Source: Sminthopsis crassicaudata (taxonomy: Eukaryota). Taken from it: 64,000 bases of DNA. Positions 51,201 through 63,184 of this stretch are shown piece after piece. A program made the position numbers and the translations under genes. How positions within the stretch are numbered: position 1 is the first letter of the stretch; every line of letters begins with the position of its first letter. The stretch lies in NCBI RefSeq assembly GCF_048593235.1, contig NC_133618.1:497507675-497571674 (forward strand), given 5' to 3'. Under the pieces are notes generated by a model. It saw only the letters and a program-made list of their open reading frames with translations, had not been told where the DNA came from and did not search any database.

Positions 51201-52462
51201 CACCAGAACTGGCACTATTGCCTGTAGTTTATCTGAGGACTCAGGCAGGAAATTATGGTCCATAGCATTGAAGCAACCTTATAGTGCTTCCATAGGGCTT
51301 CCAGGTTTAGTCCAAATTCCAGTCTATTCTGCATTTTCCTGTTATTGCACAATGGTACATAAGGAACTAGAGCCTACAGGGACTGTATTTACAGCTCAGG
51401 TGTGGAGAAGCACCTGGCAGAGGGGCCTTCTTTCTCTGGTTCAGACAAAAAGATGCAATCAGTAGGCTCAGACAATTCTTCTGGAGACTCCATTCTTTCC
51501 ACAACTTCCTATACACTGAGCAGGGAATGTTTTTACCCTTAAGAAGATTAGGGTCATATTCCTTTTCAAATTCACATAACCAGCAAACAAAAGAAATAAG
51601 TCTAGGCTTCAGAAAGATGGGAAACTCAAGGTCAAGAGTTTCATATCATATGACAAGTAAAGCTGAGTAGTCCTGGCTAAGAGAGCCCTGGTAGAACTAC
51701 GCAAACCTTTTGTTTCATCACATAGCCACAATGTCAAAATCTTTTCCTCTAAGAAGAAATCCTAAGGAGGATCCTAAGAGGAATAGAGAAATATTTACTA
51801 GTATGGCTACTAGTAAAAACAAAACAAAAACAAAAACAAAAACCAAAAAAAAAAAAAAAAAAAAAAAACCAAGGTCGAACTGTGTTCAGTTTTCAATGTT
51901 TGTGACCCAATTTGGGTTTTTTCTTGGCAGAAAGTGATTTCCTACTAGAGCCCACTATTTTAGATTGGGATGGGGGAAACAATATTTGCTCCTTGCTGCA
52001 AATCTCCCAGTAAATAATTTATAATCTATACTATGTGTTTTTTGAAGAATGAGTTATGGTTTGGTTAGATGGTATGATTGCTAAGGCTTGACATGGTTGA
52101 ACTGTTGATTCGTCTGCTAACGGAGCAGCTAGGTGGCACAGTGGATAGAGCACCAGACCCTGGGCAAGTCACTTAAAAAAGTCAGCGAATTTATATTTTT
52201 AGATTTAAGGAATTAGCTCACCAAGTGGTCAAATCTGTGAAATTGTTTGTCTCAATGACAATTCAATATGAAAATAATGATATAGGGAAGGAGCAGATGG
52301 GAATAAAAGAAGATGTTAGTTAGCTCTTTGCCACTACAAACAGTAGTGAGTGATAGGATCCAAAAGCTCAAATGTAATTCTTTATAAATTATAATAATTT
52401 TAGAAATATTACATATTATATATAATAAAAATATCATAATACTTTCTAAAAGCTACTTTAAA

Positions 52463-52592
52463 GTTAGGTGGCAGTGGACAAAGCACCAGCCCTGAAGTCA
52501 GGAGGACCCAGTTCAAATGTGAATACTTAACTTGTCCTAGTTGTGTGACCATGGGCAAGTCACTTAACTCCAACTGCTTCAGCCAAAAATAA
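52463..52592 (+). mobile_element. WSINE1-like SINE
   Basis: gttaggtggcagtggacaaagcaccagccctgaagtcaggaggacccagttcaaat...gggcaagtcacttaac. Confidence 0.85.
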
Positions 52593-54719
52593 ATCTTTGA
52601 TTTAGAAACAATTTATCCAGACTTCCAGCTTCTGGCAGTCTGTCTTCATTACCAATTATAACCAGCCTAAGTTGGGAACTAAGATCTCAATTTCCAAAAA
52701 TTATTTGAAATTCCTTTCCACCTATAAAATAAATATTCTGAATCTATACAGTAGATTCTTCTGAAAAGCCTCTTTACCTAAAGGAGATACAAATGTAGTA
52801 GCTTAGACTGGGCAGTTGAATCTCATAAATCAGACTCTGCATAAAAAGAAGCTTTTCTCAGAAGTGCCTCAATGCCCAATATATAAGGTGCAAAACTACT
52901 TCAAACAACTCCATTAAAAACGCAACATTCATTTATGAGACCAATAAAATGACCTAGGCATGGCCTGAGCTTAGAAGAAAAGAGCGGCAGCATGAGAAGC
53001 TAAGAGAAATAGCTCAAAGCAAAGTGAATATAAAATGAGCGGACTAGTTGGTCTATGAAGTCCTTTCCAGCTCCCAAGTCCATTGAACCCTACAACCTTA
53101 CCCAAATCCCATATATTGGCTGAATGGAGGTGTTGCAAATGATAACAATGGGAGCAGTAAGGTGAGAGCTACAAGGCTTCTGAGTCACAAGGCCTGGGTT
53201 TAAGAGAGACATGATTGTATGACATGAATGTATGACATAATAGTAAGAACCTGTACATAGGTTGGTACATGACACTGTTCCCTACCCATGAGATCACATA
53301 ACTGGTCAAAAATAAATTTCATCTCTTTATACAATCTCCTTGGACTAACAATCATTGTCTAAGAAAAGGACTGTAAGCATTTAGAAGCTTCTCTAGCAAA
53401 TCTCTCAACTGAAAAGGACTGCTACAACAGCATAATATATATTATAGAATGGCATAATATGTTAATGGATAAGATTTCTGGAAATCTTCCTCACTCTGCC
53501 ACTAATATATTGGGTGTTTGTGGGCAAGTCAAAGGACCTCCCTATATAGAATCAAAGAATTTCTTTTGCAGCACAAAGAAATCAAGGTCTCCTTGTCATC
53601 CTCTTTACTGCTTTCCAGAGAGTTTACTAAAACTTAATTTCATTATTCATTTGCACTCCTTGTGCAAACTTCAATCTCTTCTACCTCTTTCTTTCCTCTA
53701 CCCTAGGTTGGGAAGAATAGGGTTTTGAGATCATGAGTAGTATTACATAATACTTGATTGACATGCTTGGAGGTTTTCCAGAAGCTAAAGTACCTCATAG
53801 AGCTATAGGATCTTGTCCTCAGTGAAAAGATGAAGGATTATATTTCCTTGCTTTTGTTGCAGTAGTGGGTGTGGAATGTTCTCTTTTTTCCTTTGTTACA
53901 AGGCTCACTGGATATTAAGGGTGAAGTGGCAGTTGAAGAATATCCAGAAATTAGATGAAAAAGATAAAAGGCAACCCCTCCCCTCCAAAAAACCTGAAAG
54001 AAAAAATAGGACATAGTATTTTACCACTCAAGAGGCACTTAACCTCCCTGGTGATTTCAATGTATTTGTGTCTCCCACAAATAGACTCATCTGAGATCAA
54101 CTAGCAACCAACTTTCCAGAAACTAATCGAGTTAACTAATTCAGATAACTAATCCAGAGTCAAAAGGAGCACGGAAGTTGAAGCAGCCAGAATTTGTATT
54201 TTATAACCAATAGGGTTATAAAATTAGGATTTAGTAGAGTGAAATGATCAATTCTTTGCTTAGGGAATTTTTGGCACAAGTAAAATCAGTAAATAGTTTT
54301 GGAAGGGCAAAGCTTTCAAGAATGTAGGGTGACCTCCAAGTTATATGGAGATCCACAGTATATACAGAACATGGTTGTTATGAATACATCCTAGGAAAAA
54401 TACACACATCTGACAATACTGTGTCTTGATTTCCCAATACAAATGACAGTGACTTGTCAGACAGGTCTTAGTGTTATAAAAGCAGGCTCTTTTTGTTCCA
54501 GGCAAACCAAATTCTGAGGATGGCTCAGGGAAATGTGAGTACTTACTGATTCCTTTCAAAGAGGCCCTCCTTCAAGTACCTCACACCTTCAATAAGTATG
54601 AATAAGTATTCAATAAGTGTGGATCCTGGAACTTTTGACAGAGCAACTGGCTAGGAACAATCAAAACCTTTTGAAGTAGCAAATTTCCCTTCTGCCTCTT
54701 TACTGAATCACTTCCTACC

Positions 54720-54852
54720 AGTCTAGGTGGCGCAGTTGATAGAGCACCAGCCTTGAATTCAGGAGGACCCGAATTCAAATATGGTCTCAGACACTTAACC
54801 CTTCCTAGCTGTGTAACCCTGGGCAAGTCACCAGCCTCAGGGAAAAAAAAAA
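54720..54852 (+). mobile_element. WSINE1-like SINE (young, CpGs retained)
   Basis: ctaggtggcgcagttgatagagcaccagccttgaattcaggaggacccgaattc... followed by an A-tail. Confidence 0.88.
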
Positions 54853-57779
54853 GAGTTCTTAGTTGAAATTTCTTGGGTAGGAGGAATCAAAGCTTAAACA
54901 TCTTCCTATTTCCTACAGTATTAATAGCATATTGGACAAATAGTAGACCCTTTCATTGGTACATTAATCTAATACATCCCAAAATCCCAATGCCACTGAG
55001 TTCATTAGAGCCTACCTAATATGCCTTACTTACAGGTTACATAATTTATGCACCTACATTATATAGAAAGAAAAAAATTACAGGACCTAAAAATAACAGA
55101 ATCTATACAAAGAACATGTTATAGTACTTATCTTCCTACATGTTATTATCAATCCAGTGGTGCACCAGGGAAATATGCCAGTTCAGTACAGAACAGATTA
55201 AAGGTAAGAAAAAAAGGCGGGGATCCTTGGCTATAAGTGACTGGTAGTTCCCAACAAAGTTAGACTATACCTAAGTTGGAGTAAGATTGGAAGCTGGAAG
55301 AACATTTTTAGAACAGGAAAGTGGTTATTGGAGGAGTTTCTAGACTGAACTCTTGGTCGGAATGCTAGTATAATTTATGCTTTATTCCCAGGCATTTTAT
55401 ACAATCTAAGTCTTAAGGAAACTGAGCTAAAACCAGGAAGAAACTAACTGTGTATCCTGAACTGGGCCAACTGATTCCCACACAAAATTTGCCAAAAACA
55501 TAGCTAGACTGCCAAAGTCCCTTCACAATAACATGAAATTAGTTCCAACAGCCCTGTCTCTTGTTCTTACAATACACTTACTAGATTTGAGAAACTGGAC
55601 AAGCAAATCAACCTTTGTTAGCCAGATTTCAATTGTAAAATGGATTGTGAGGATCAAATGAAAAACTACTTGTAAAAAGTAGCTAGTGCAGTGCCTGGAA
55701 TATACCAGCCTCCAAATACTTTCCCTTCCCAAAGAGGGAAAACCTAACTTTTTTCCCCTGAAAACTGAAAGTTAAGCTCAAATTCTATGCTTCAGGTTCT
55801 AACCGATGGGGTTCTATTTTCTACAATGTTGGCATAATATTGAACACAGTAAATCCTGAATGCCTCTAGTCTCTTTAATAGTACTTTTTCTGAATACATG
55901 CAGTCATTTACCTTTCTCTTGTCCTCACATCCATTGCCTTGAATCACCTTTGAGCTAATAATCTTATTGTTACTATGTACAATGTTCTCTTGGTTCAAAA
56001 AGTCTGGTGAAAAAATGCTGTAACTTATTAAGAATTAAAAATTTAAGAAACCACTTCACAGCTATCAGATTGGCTAAAATGACAAAAAAGAAGCTCAAAG
56101 GGAGAGCAATTTGGAATTATGTCCAAAGGACTACTAGGTCTGTATTTCAAAGTCAAAGAAAAGGACCTATATATACACAAAAATATTTGGAGCAGTTTTT
56201 TATGCTGATAAAAAATTAGAAATCAAGGGGATCTATTAATTAAGTTAATTAAGCAGAACCAGAATACTGTACATTAAGAACACTTATAAAAGCCTATTGA
56301 AGCATATTTTCACTTCCATGGCATTTTACTTGTCTAGATCAAGTTATATGAGGCTGGATTTGAACTTGGAGTCTAACTCCACCTAGCTGCATATACACTG
56401 TATTATCATGTTGTTTGCTTTTAATGAGTTGAAGAGGCAGAGATTTTGGAACTAAAAATCTTTTCTAAACAAATTTAATTTTAAAAATTATCAAAATTAT
56501 CCAAAAGCTTCTAGCTTTAAATTAGTCAAATGATTGGGTCCTATAAACTTATACTATAACTCTCGGAATGCTAGGTTGCTAACTTTCTGTGATTATATTC
56601 AGTATTTCTCTAGTTTGTCCTTATTATAATAATTTTGTTTTCTAAGCAGTTTACAAAGTCTTAATCTCAATGTTATCTGGTTTGTAAACTGGATGTTTGT
56701 GATGTTATGTGACCCTGAGCAAGTCAACTTAATCCTTCTCCCATCTATCTCTAAAATAGGGATAAGGAACAGCAACTATATTAAGGGTTAAGTAAAGGTA
56801 GTTAAGAGAATCAAATAAGATTAAAGCTTTAAAACTCAGATTTCTGATCTAACAATTTATGCTAACAGCCTCCCTTCCATTCCTTTGTTTGCTCTGAAAC
56901 AGGTTTCTGGGCCTTCACATCCCAGATCAGTAGGCAAAGAATTTAGAAGCTCCTATTTCCCTCTTGCACTCTCACCTTATCTTAGATTAAACATACAGCT
57001 ACATTTTCAAAGTCTTTAGAGACATTTTGCCTGGTCAAAAATGGGACAATTCAAATTTGATATGACAAACAAACTTAAGGTTATGCAATAATCTAAAGGA
57101 CTAAGTCCAATAGGGATCCTCCAGCCACCAGATATCTTTTCTTTTTACAAACCCACATCCTGTAATGAAGAGATTTGTACTTTTAAACCCCTTCTGGCAC
57201 ATCCCTAATACCAAAATAACAAAAATGTCACAAGGTTTTGCATGCTGTGGAATTATAAACCTATGCTCCTATTATTGTAATCACAAGGCATTTCATAAAG
57301 ACCAAGAGCTTGATGGATTAGAAAAAAATCCTACAGCACTGAAGGAAATATCAATAATATCTATAGGACTTATTGTATGCCAAATGTTACACTGGCATTA
57401 AATGAGGCTTCTACAGCCCTATCCAGCATTTGCTGCAGCTTCCATTCTAATAGAAGACACCAGATATACATATTACTACACTATATAGTCAGCTAGATAA
57501 TATAAAATTTGGTAACAGTTCATTATGAGGCTGGAGGGACACAATGAGAATAAAATATAGCATCAATAACATTTGAGAAAATATGACTAGAAATGAGATT
57601 CCAAGGTCTTTGAATCTTCATCTAAATTAAGACAGTTGATCTTTCAGGATCTTTCCAGCTCTAATACTTGAAGTTAGTTACATAAAGACTTTCTTGCTCT
57701 GAACTAAGTGTTCTTTAATACAGCTTGCCTATAAGTTAAGAAAAGATGCAGAAATGACATGTAAATTTCAGATGGCTTC

Positions 57780-57801
57780 TCTGATGTTCATGAACATCAG
57801 A
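57780..57801. repeat. Perfect 22-bp palindrome
   Basis: tctgatgttca|tgaacatcaga. Confidence 0.95.
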
Positions 57802-60800
57802 TTTCTTAGTATTTGAGCAGTTTGTTAATTCCTCAGTTGCTCTACACTGCTCCAAAATCGTAAACCCAATCAAAATAAACTAAATATCTCTTGTTTTGTA
57901 GTAGTGCCACTTGTATTTCTTTAGGGAACTCCCAAATCTGTCCAAAATGTCTATAAGCATTTATTGATTGGCTGTCCAGGAAAAGATCTCCAGTTTTTCT
58001 ATGTCCTTTAAATCGTTTCCCATTATTTACTTTTGCAAGGCAAGCCTCCATCTCATGATGCTGTGTTGCACAATGCCAGCAAAAGCAGGTTGTATACAAA
58101 AGCCAAATGCCATTGTGTAAGGGAAAGGAGGGGTAGGGGGTGGGTCCTAGCAACCTCTTCCTTCTCAGCTGGTTTTGCATTCCTAAGGGTGGGTCCTCAA
58201 AAGAATATAGCCCATTCTTAAAATCTATTCCACTAAGAGCAAAGAGTCACCAAGAGACCTTTCCTAAAGGAAGTCCTTAGGAATCCTTGAAGCACAAGAC
58301 AACTATGTAACTAGTACTTGGTCAGAAATTATTTGAAAAAGTAATTACTCTAATTACTTCAGAAAAACTTGAAATAATAAAGACTTCTTTGTTCAGGGCA
58401 AAACTAGCATTTTCCAGTCTGCTAGTGAGGGGAGAAGGGAGTGTTTAACCTGGCTTCTTCTGGTCATCAAAAAAACCAGCAAAATGTGCCTCCTCTCCAA
58501 ACACTTCCCAGAATGCTTATTTTCAGTGTTTTTATTTTTGAAGAGGTAGAAAGGGAATGCAGGAGGTGTGTAAAACTTTAGTAACTTTTGAAACCTTAAC
58601 CTGGGTTAATTACCAATCACAGGAAACAACTAGACCTAGATTCTATTATATTGAAACCTGTACACATACATATGTACACAGACATACCTGTACAGCCATC
58701 TATCCATCCATCCCTCTTAATCCACCATTCCCATTTTGTCCTAACCTATTTACCCCTTTGGTTGAATGTACTTCTGTACTGTATCCAGTGTTTTCTGCAA
58801 CATTATAACCAAATACTACATTATAGTATTGTAGGAATATGTAGACCCTACATAGAAAATTACAAAGCAAAATTCTGTTCTTATCACCTGACCATATCAA
58901 GAAATGTTAGTATTATCTCTAAAATGAATCCAGTCATATAAATGAATATAGGTCTGTTACAGGCCTAGAACATGAAAGTGCCCCCTCTACTGTATCACCT
59001 GCTATGTCATTCTTTTAGGTCTGAAAAGATAAGTTTACACGCTAAATGTTTTAAGTCTTAGTACCAGAAGTACCACTTAGTACACAATGTGTAAAAAGAA
59101 CCCCTAAAGCATATGAATAATGGGACCTGCTGTTCTAAAGTTTAGTCCTATCCTCTCTATGATCTAACTTAGGACTGGAATCTATTTAGGAATTGTTCAA
59201 AACTTCCAATTCTTTATTTTTAGCTTGTGCTTAAAAGTAGGAAGGTAGTCTCAACAGGTCAGCTCTCTGATCCTCAACCCCATTAAAAGCTAAGGTGCCA
59301 AAATTTATTCCTCATAGATTTTGGCATCCTAGACCAAAAACAAGTAGGCTTATACTTATGGGCTTACCCTACATAGAGATGACAAGAAAGAAAGCTGTAG
59401 AAAAATCTTCATTCAAGGATGAGAAAACACAAATGCAGCAATTAGCTTTGGAATAATAACTTGGAGGGGGGAATTAGCATATAGACTGGAAGTATCTTTT
59501 TCCTGTAAATAGGAATTTACATTCTTTACCTAGAGGCTGCAACAGATTGGGATTAAATCCAAGAATTCTGCCAAAATCACTGAAACTGAAAAAGTGACTG
59601 AAGTCACTTATATAAACTGTATTAAGGGGAAAACCTTATTCTTATCCTAATCTATAAAATGGGAACAGCCAAATCTACATTTAAGAGCCAAGATTTAATA
59701 AAGAAAAAATTAAAGGATAGAAATGAGCCAGTTTGAGCCTGATTGTTTTCGGGCAGGAGTCTACTCACAGTACTACAGCTTCTGGAATGAGCTTATAAAA
59801 TGATTATCAAATGAATTTAATCCCCATCCCTATGATTTCCCAGATACACTCCTTGAGTCAACATTCATGAAGTGTTCATTGTTCCCCAGTACTTAGCACT
59901 TAGCAAGTGGTTAATAAATGCTTAACCTTTCATAGCAGCATTTTTTGTATCTGTATTTTCAGTGCAATGCATTTTCATTCCTGGTTATTTTCACATATTA
60001 GGCAGATTTATTTTTGTGAGACTAAGTAATGGGTGAATGGTTGTAGAGGGAATAAACAGGGAGACAACCTAAAATTTGCCAAATCAGCAACGCGGCCAAA
60101 GAGCCCCGACTCAGTAGTCAGCACAATTAACTCAAGACCCACCACTTACTGACAGTGTGATATTCACGTGGTATTTAAATTTAAGGCCTCTATTTTCTCA
60201 TCAGTAAAATGGGTAAGCTTTTTGGCTTCACAAGGCTGTTTCTGAGTGAGAAAAAGATGCAAAAGTGCTACGAAAGCATCAGAATTTTTACATTTTTACA
60301 AAAGCATTGTAGATAGTGTGCAAAGACTAACGTCTAAAATCTTAGCACTTTTTGTGCAAAGTCGTCTAAAATCTAATTGCCAAGAGGTATGATCTAACAG
60401 CTAAGCATTATACTAGGGAAAATATGAAACTGACCCATTAAACGTTACAGTTAATAACAATTCTGGGATCCTGCTGTCAAAGATCCCTCAATGGATAACA
60501 TACGGAAAGTATATTTAAAAACAAATAAAAGGTAAATATTCTGGGGAAGGGATCCTGTGGTAGCTAAACTTCAGAAAAAGGCGGGATTTGAGCTGAGGCT
60601 TGAAGGAAGCCGGGGTTCTAGGGAGCAGATGAGGAGCAGTAAGTTTGATGCTTAACAAAATAAGGGTCCTGTGCCATTAGTTATGTGACGCCTGCAACAA
60701 GTCTGTAGATTAGTAAACGTTACAAATGAAGGGACTCGCCTAAACTAACACGTATTCGAGCTGAGTCTGCAGACTCCAAGTTCGGGGTTCTCACACTGCC

Positions 60801-61346
60801 TCAGGCTTCCCCAGTAAGAGTGAGGGGGTGGATCCCCAACTCCCCCCCTGGAAGACCGAAGTGCATGCTCCTTGCTCGGAGCCCCAAAATGTAAACACTG
60901 CTCTATTACCGGGTGAGCCCGGACTCGTTTCCGGGACTCAGTTTCCCTACAAAACAAAACAAAAGTGACCTTGGGCAAGCGGGATACCCACTGGGACCAC
61001 GGTTCCACAGACGAGCCTCCGAGAGCTTTCCCAGCTTTAAGCCTACCAAGCTATAATTAAAAGGTCTCCTAATAACCTTTTCCTCGGGCTGGAGACGGGC
61101 CCACTCTCCCCCACAAGAGTAACTTAGGCGAGCACTAATGGCTGTCCTTAGCTTTCTGCTCCCGATGGCGTGGAAATGGGACAGGCCGCGCCGAATCCCG
61201 CTTGGAGTAGGGAAAAGACGAGGCGTTTGGGGGGAGAGGAGCGGAGAAAAGGGACCACGGGCACCGGGAGCGGCGGGCCTCGTCGGGCGCCAAAGCCATC
61301 TCCGGACTCATGGAGGATCGGGGAGAAGGAAGGGATGCGACCTTAC

Positions 61347-61560
61347 CTTGCGAGACCCAGGCTCCTCAGTTTACTCAGTCACACTCACTTGACAGCTTAC
61401 GAAGGAGCACTGACGCTACAAGTCCACGACTACAGGGTTCACCGTCGCTGTCGCCCAGTATTATCGCCTTTACCCCCGCCCCCTTCGTAGTTCTATTCAA
61501 TCATCACGCCGTTCCTCCCTCCTCCTTCCCACCTTCCACGCCCCTTGGCCGCTATTGGGC
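61347..61560 (-). other. SLC31A1: SLC31A1 non-coding exon 1 (donor inferred; TSS approximate)
   Basis: Strong minus-strand donor CAAG|GTAAGG at 61346 inside the CpG island. Mammalian SLC31A1 has a non-coding first exon head-to-head with FKBP15. Implied intron 1 is about 13.6 kb. Confidence 0.65.
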
Positions 61561-61791
61561 CGACACGATTCGCGTCACGTGACACGCGAGTTCACGTGGC
61601 TTCCCTTGCCGGCCTCCAGCCCCACTTTCCTATTCCCTCCCCCCCTTTCCTTTTGCCGGGTCTCCTCTTTAGAATTAGCGGCGTCCCTTCTCCTGTCCTA
61701 GCCGCCGGAAAGCAGGGCGGGGGACGCCGCAGCATTTTTACGACACCGGCGGCTGTCCCCATTCCTCCCCAGAAGCGACGGCCAAGGCGCA

Positions 61792-61844
61792 ATGTTCGGG
61801 GTTGGCGATGAGGATGACGCCGACTTCCTCTCCCCCAGCGGCGG
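61792..61844 (+). CDS. FKBP15: FKBP15 (WAFL/FKBP133) exon 1 coding part (MFGVGDEDDADFLSPSGG); the gene continues beyond the window
   Basis: Matches recalled human N-terminus MFGAGDEDDTDFLSPSGG; gtgagt donor at 61845; synteny with SLC31A1. Confidence 0.92.
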
Positions 61845-62732
61845 GTGAGTGCCTGGCCCGGGGAGGCGGCTTCGGACTGCCGCGAGCTGGGCCCTTTTTA
61901 GTGAGAGGCCTTCCCTGCTACCCCACTTCCGGCTCCCTCCCGCACCTCCCCCTCTCAGGCACATACCCATCACTTTCCTGCCACAGTACCCCGACATCCT
62001 GCCCTCTCGGTGAAGCCCCTCGGGTCTTCCTGACCCTTCCTGCTCCTCCTTATCCACTGCAAAGTCCGGTTGGGCTGCTCTAGCCGGTCCCAGCAACTTC
62101 CCCAAAGTTTCCTTTACTCCCCCCCTCCCCCCGCGGTCGTCCCGCCCTCCACTGCCCTTTTTTCTGAAACTGGAGTGCCGGAGACCCCTGCGAGCCCAGC
62201 TTGGCCCAGCCCCACTTGGTACATAGAGAAAGTTGAGACCCACCTTGGGAGCCTGGGGAGAGTTATGCAGGAGCCGAGACCGACTCGGGCTTTTCGGCCA
62301 GACTTCCTCTTTACACTTTGGGTTTCTCATCCTGTATCTGGAAGCTGAAGTCCTGCCCCCCTCCCCCGACTCCTGGATGCTGGAACCTCGGCGTCCCTTC
62401 CGAGTGTCATTCTCCCCCCCACCCTTCCAAGCTGAAAACCTGAGGGTCAGAGTTCACTCTTCTAAGGTGTAGTGGACTGGCATCCGAATCTGGCCTCAAG
62501 GATGCGGAGCGTAAAGCTCACTGTCTGAAGTCTTCTTACTGGCTGTCAGTTGGCCTGCGTTTGCCTCAGTGTCCTCATCTGTAAAATGGGGATAATAGCA
62601 TCTTCCAGAGTTGTTGTGAGGATCAAATGACCTAATAATTGTAAATTGCTTAACATACAGAATGTCTTATGTTATTATTACCTGCTATCTATGTGATCTT
62701 GGGCAATTTTCTGTAAAATTAAAAGGATAGAC

Positions 62733-63117
62733 TGTCAAAGTCCAGGCTATCTCCTCTGAAGGGCTCAGACTAAGTCCTTGTCAGGATAAGCAAAAATCTT
62801 TGCCCCACGTTGGGCGCCAAAATGTGAAGGTCCTAAGTTATCCTTCCAGACTGCCGACTCAACTCAACCTCCCTGCCAGACTCACTCCTTGCTCTACTGC
62901 CCTCCTCAGGGGCCTGTGGGAAACACTTCAACCAATGAACTTGCTCCCTCTAAAGGTGCAAACTCCTTTAAACATGTAAACTCCACCTCAGAAGTCCAAA
63001 GGTCTTCTTCCTTCAAAGGCCTGAACCAAAGGTGTGAATTCTGAGCCAGAGAATTGTTTAGACAACCTGAGTAATCCTAACAGTTTGTAATCCTAACACA
63101 ACCTTGTAATCCTAACA
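62733..63117 (-). mobile_element. ERV2 (betaretrovirus-like) LTR-type element containing an internal tRNA-Lys PBS
   Basis: TG..CA termini; 6-bp TSD atagac at 62727-62732 and 63118-63123; TGGCGCCCAACGTGGGGC on the minus strand at 62802-62819; three gtaatcctaaca repeats at the 5' end. Confidence 0.88.
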
Positions 63118-63184
63118 ATAGACTAGTTGGGTCTTTAAGGTATCCTGCTTCTTCCATCTCTGTCTCTAGGATCCTAAGAATCTT

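Larger units (their letters stand above)
60750..62520. promoter_or_regulatory. CpG island and bidirectional promoter of SLC31A1 and FKBP15
   Basis: CpG-rich; inverted CCAAT (attgg 61554-61558); GTCACGTGAC at 61574-61583; CACGTG at 61593-61598; ccggaa near 61705; GC box gggcgggg near 61715. Confidence 0.9.

Noticed and set aside
61138-62472. ORFs of 80-210 aa across the SLC31A1/FKBP15 island
   Set aside because: CpG-island artefacts. Only the 53-nt FKBP15 exon has both homology and a donor.
62802-62819. tRNA-Lys gene
   Set aside because: Only the 18-nt complement of the tRNA 3' end is present, which is a retroviral PBS; there is no cloverleaf.
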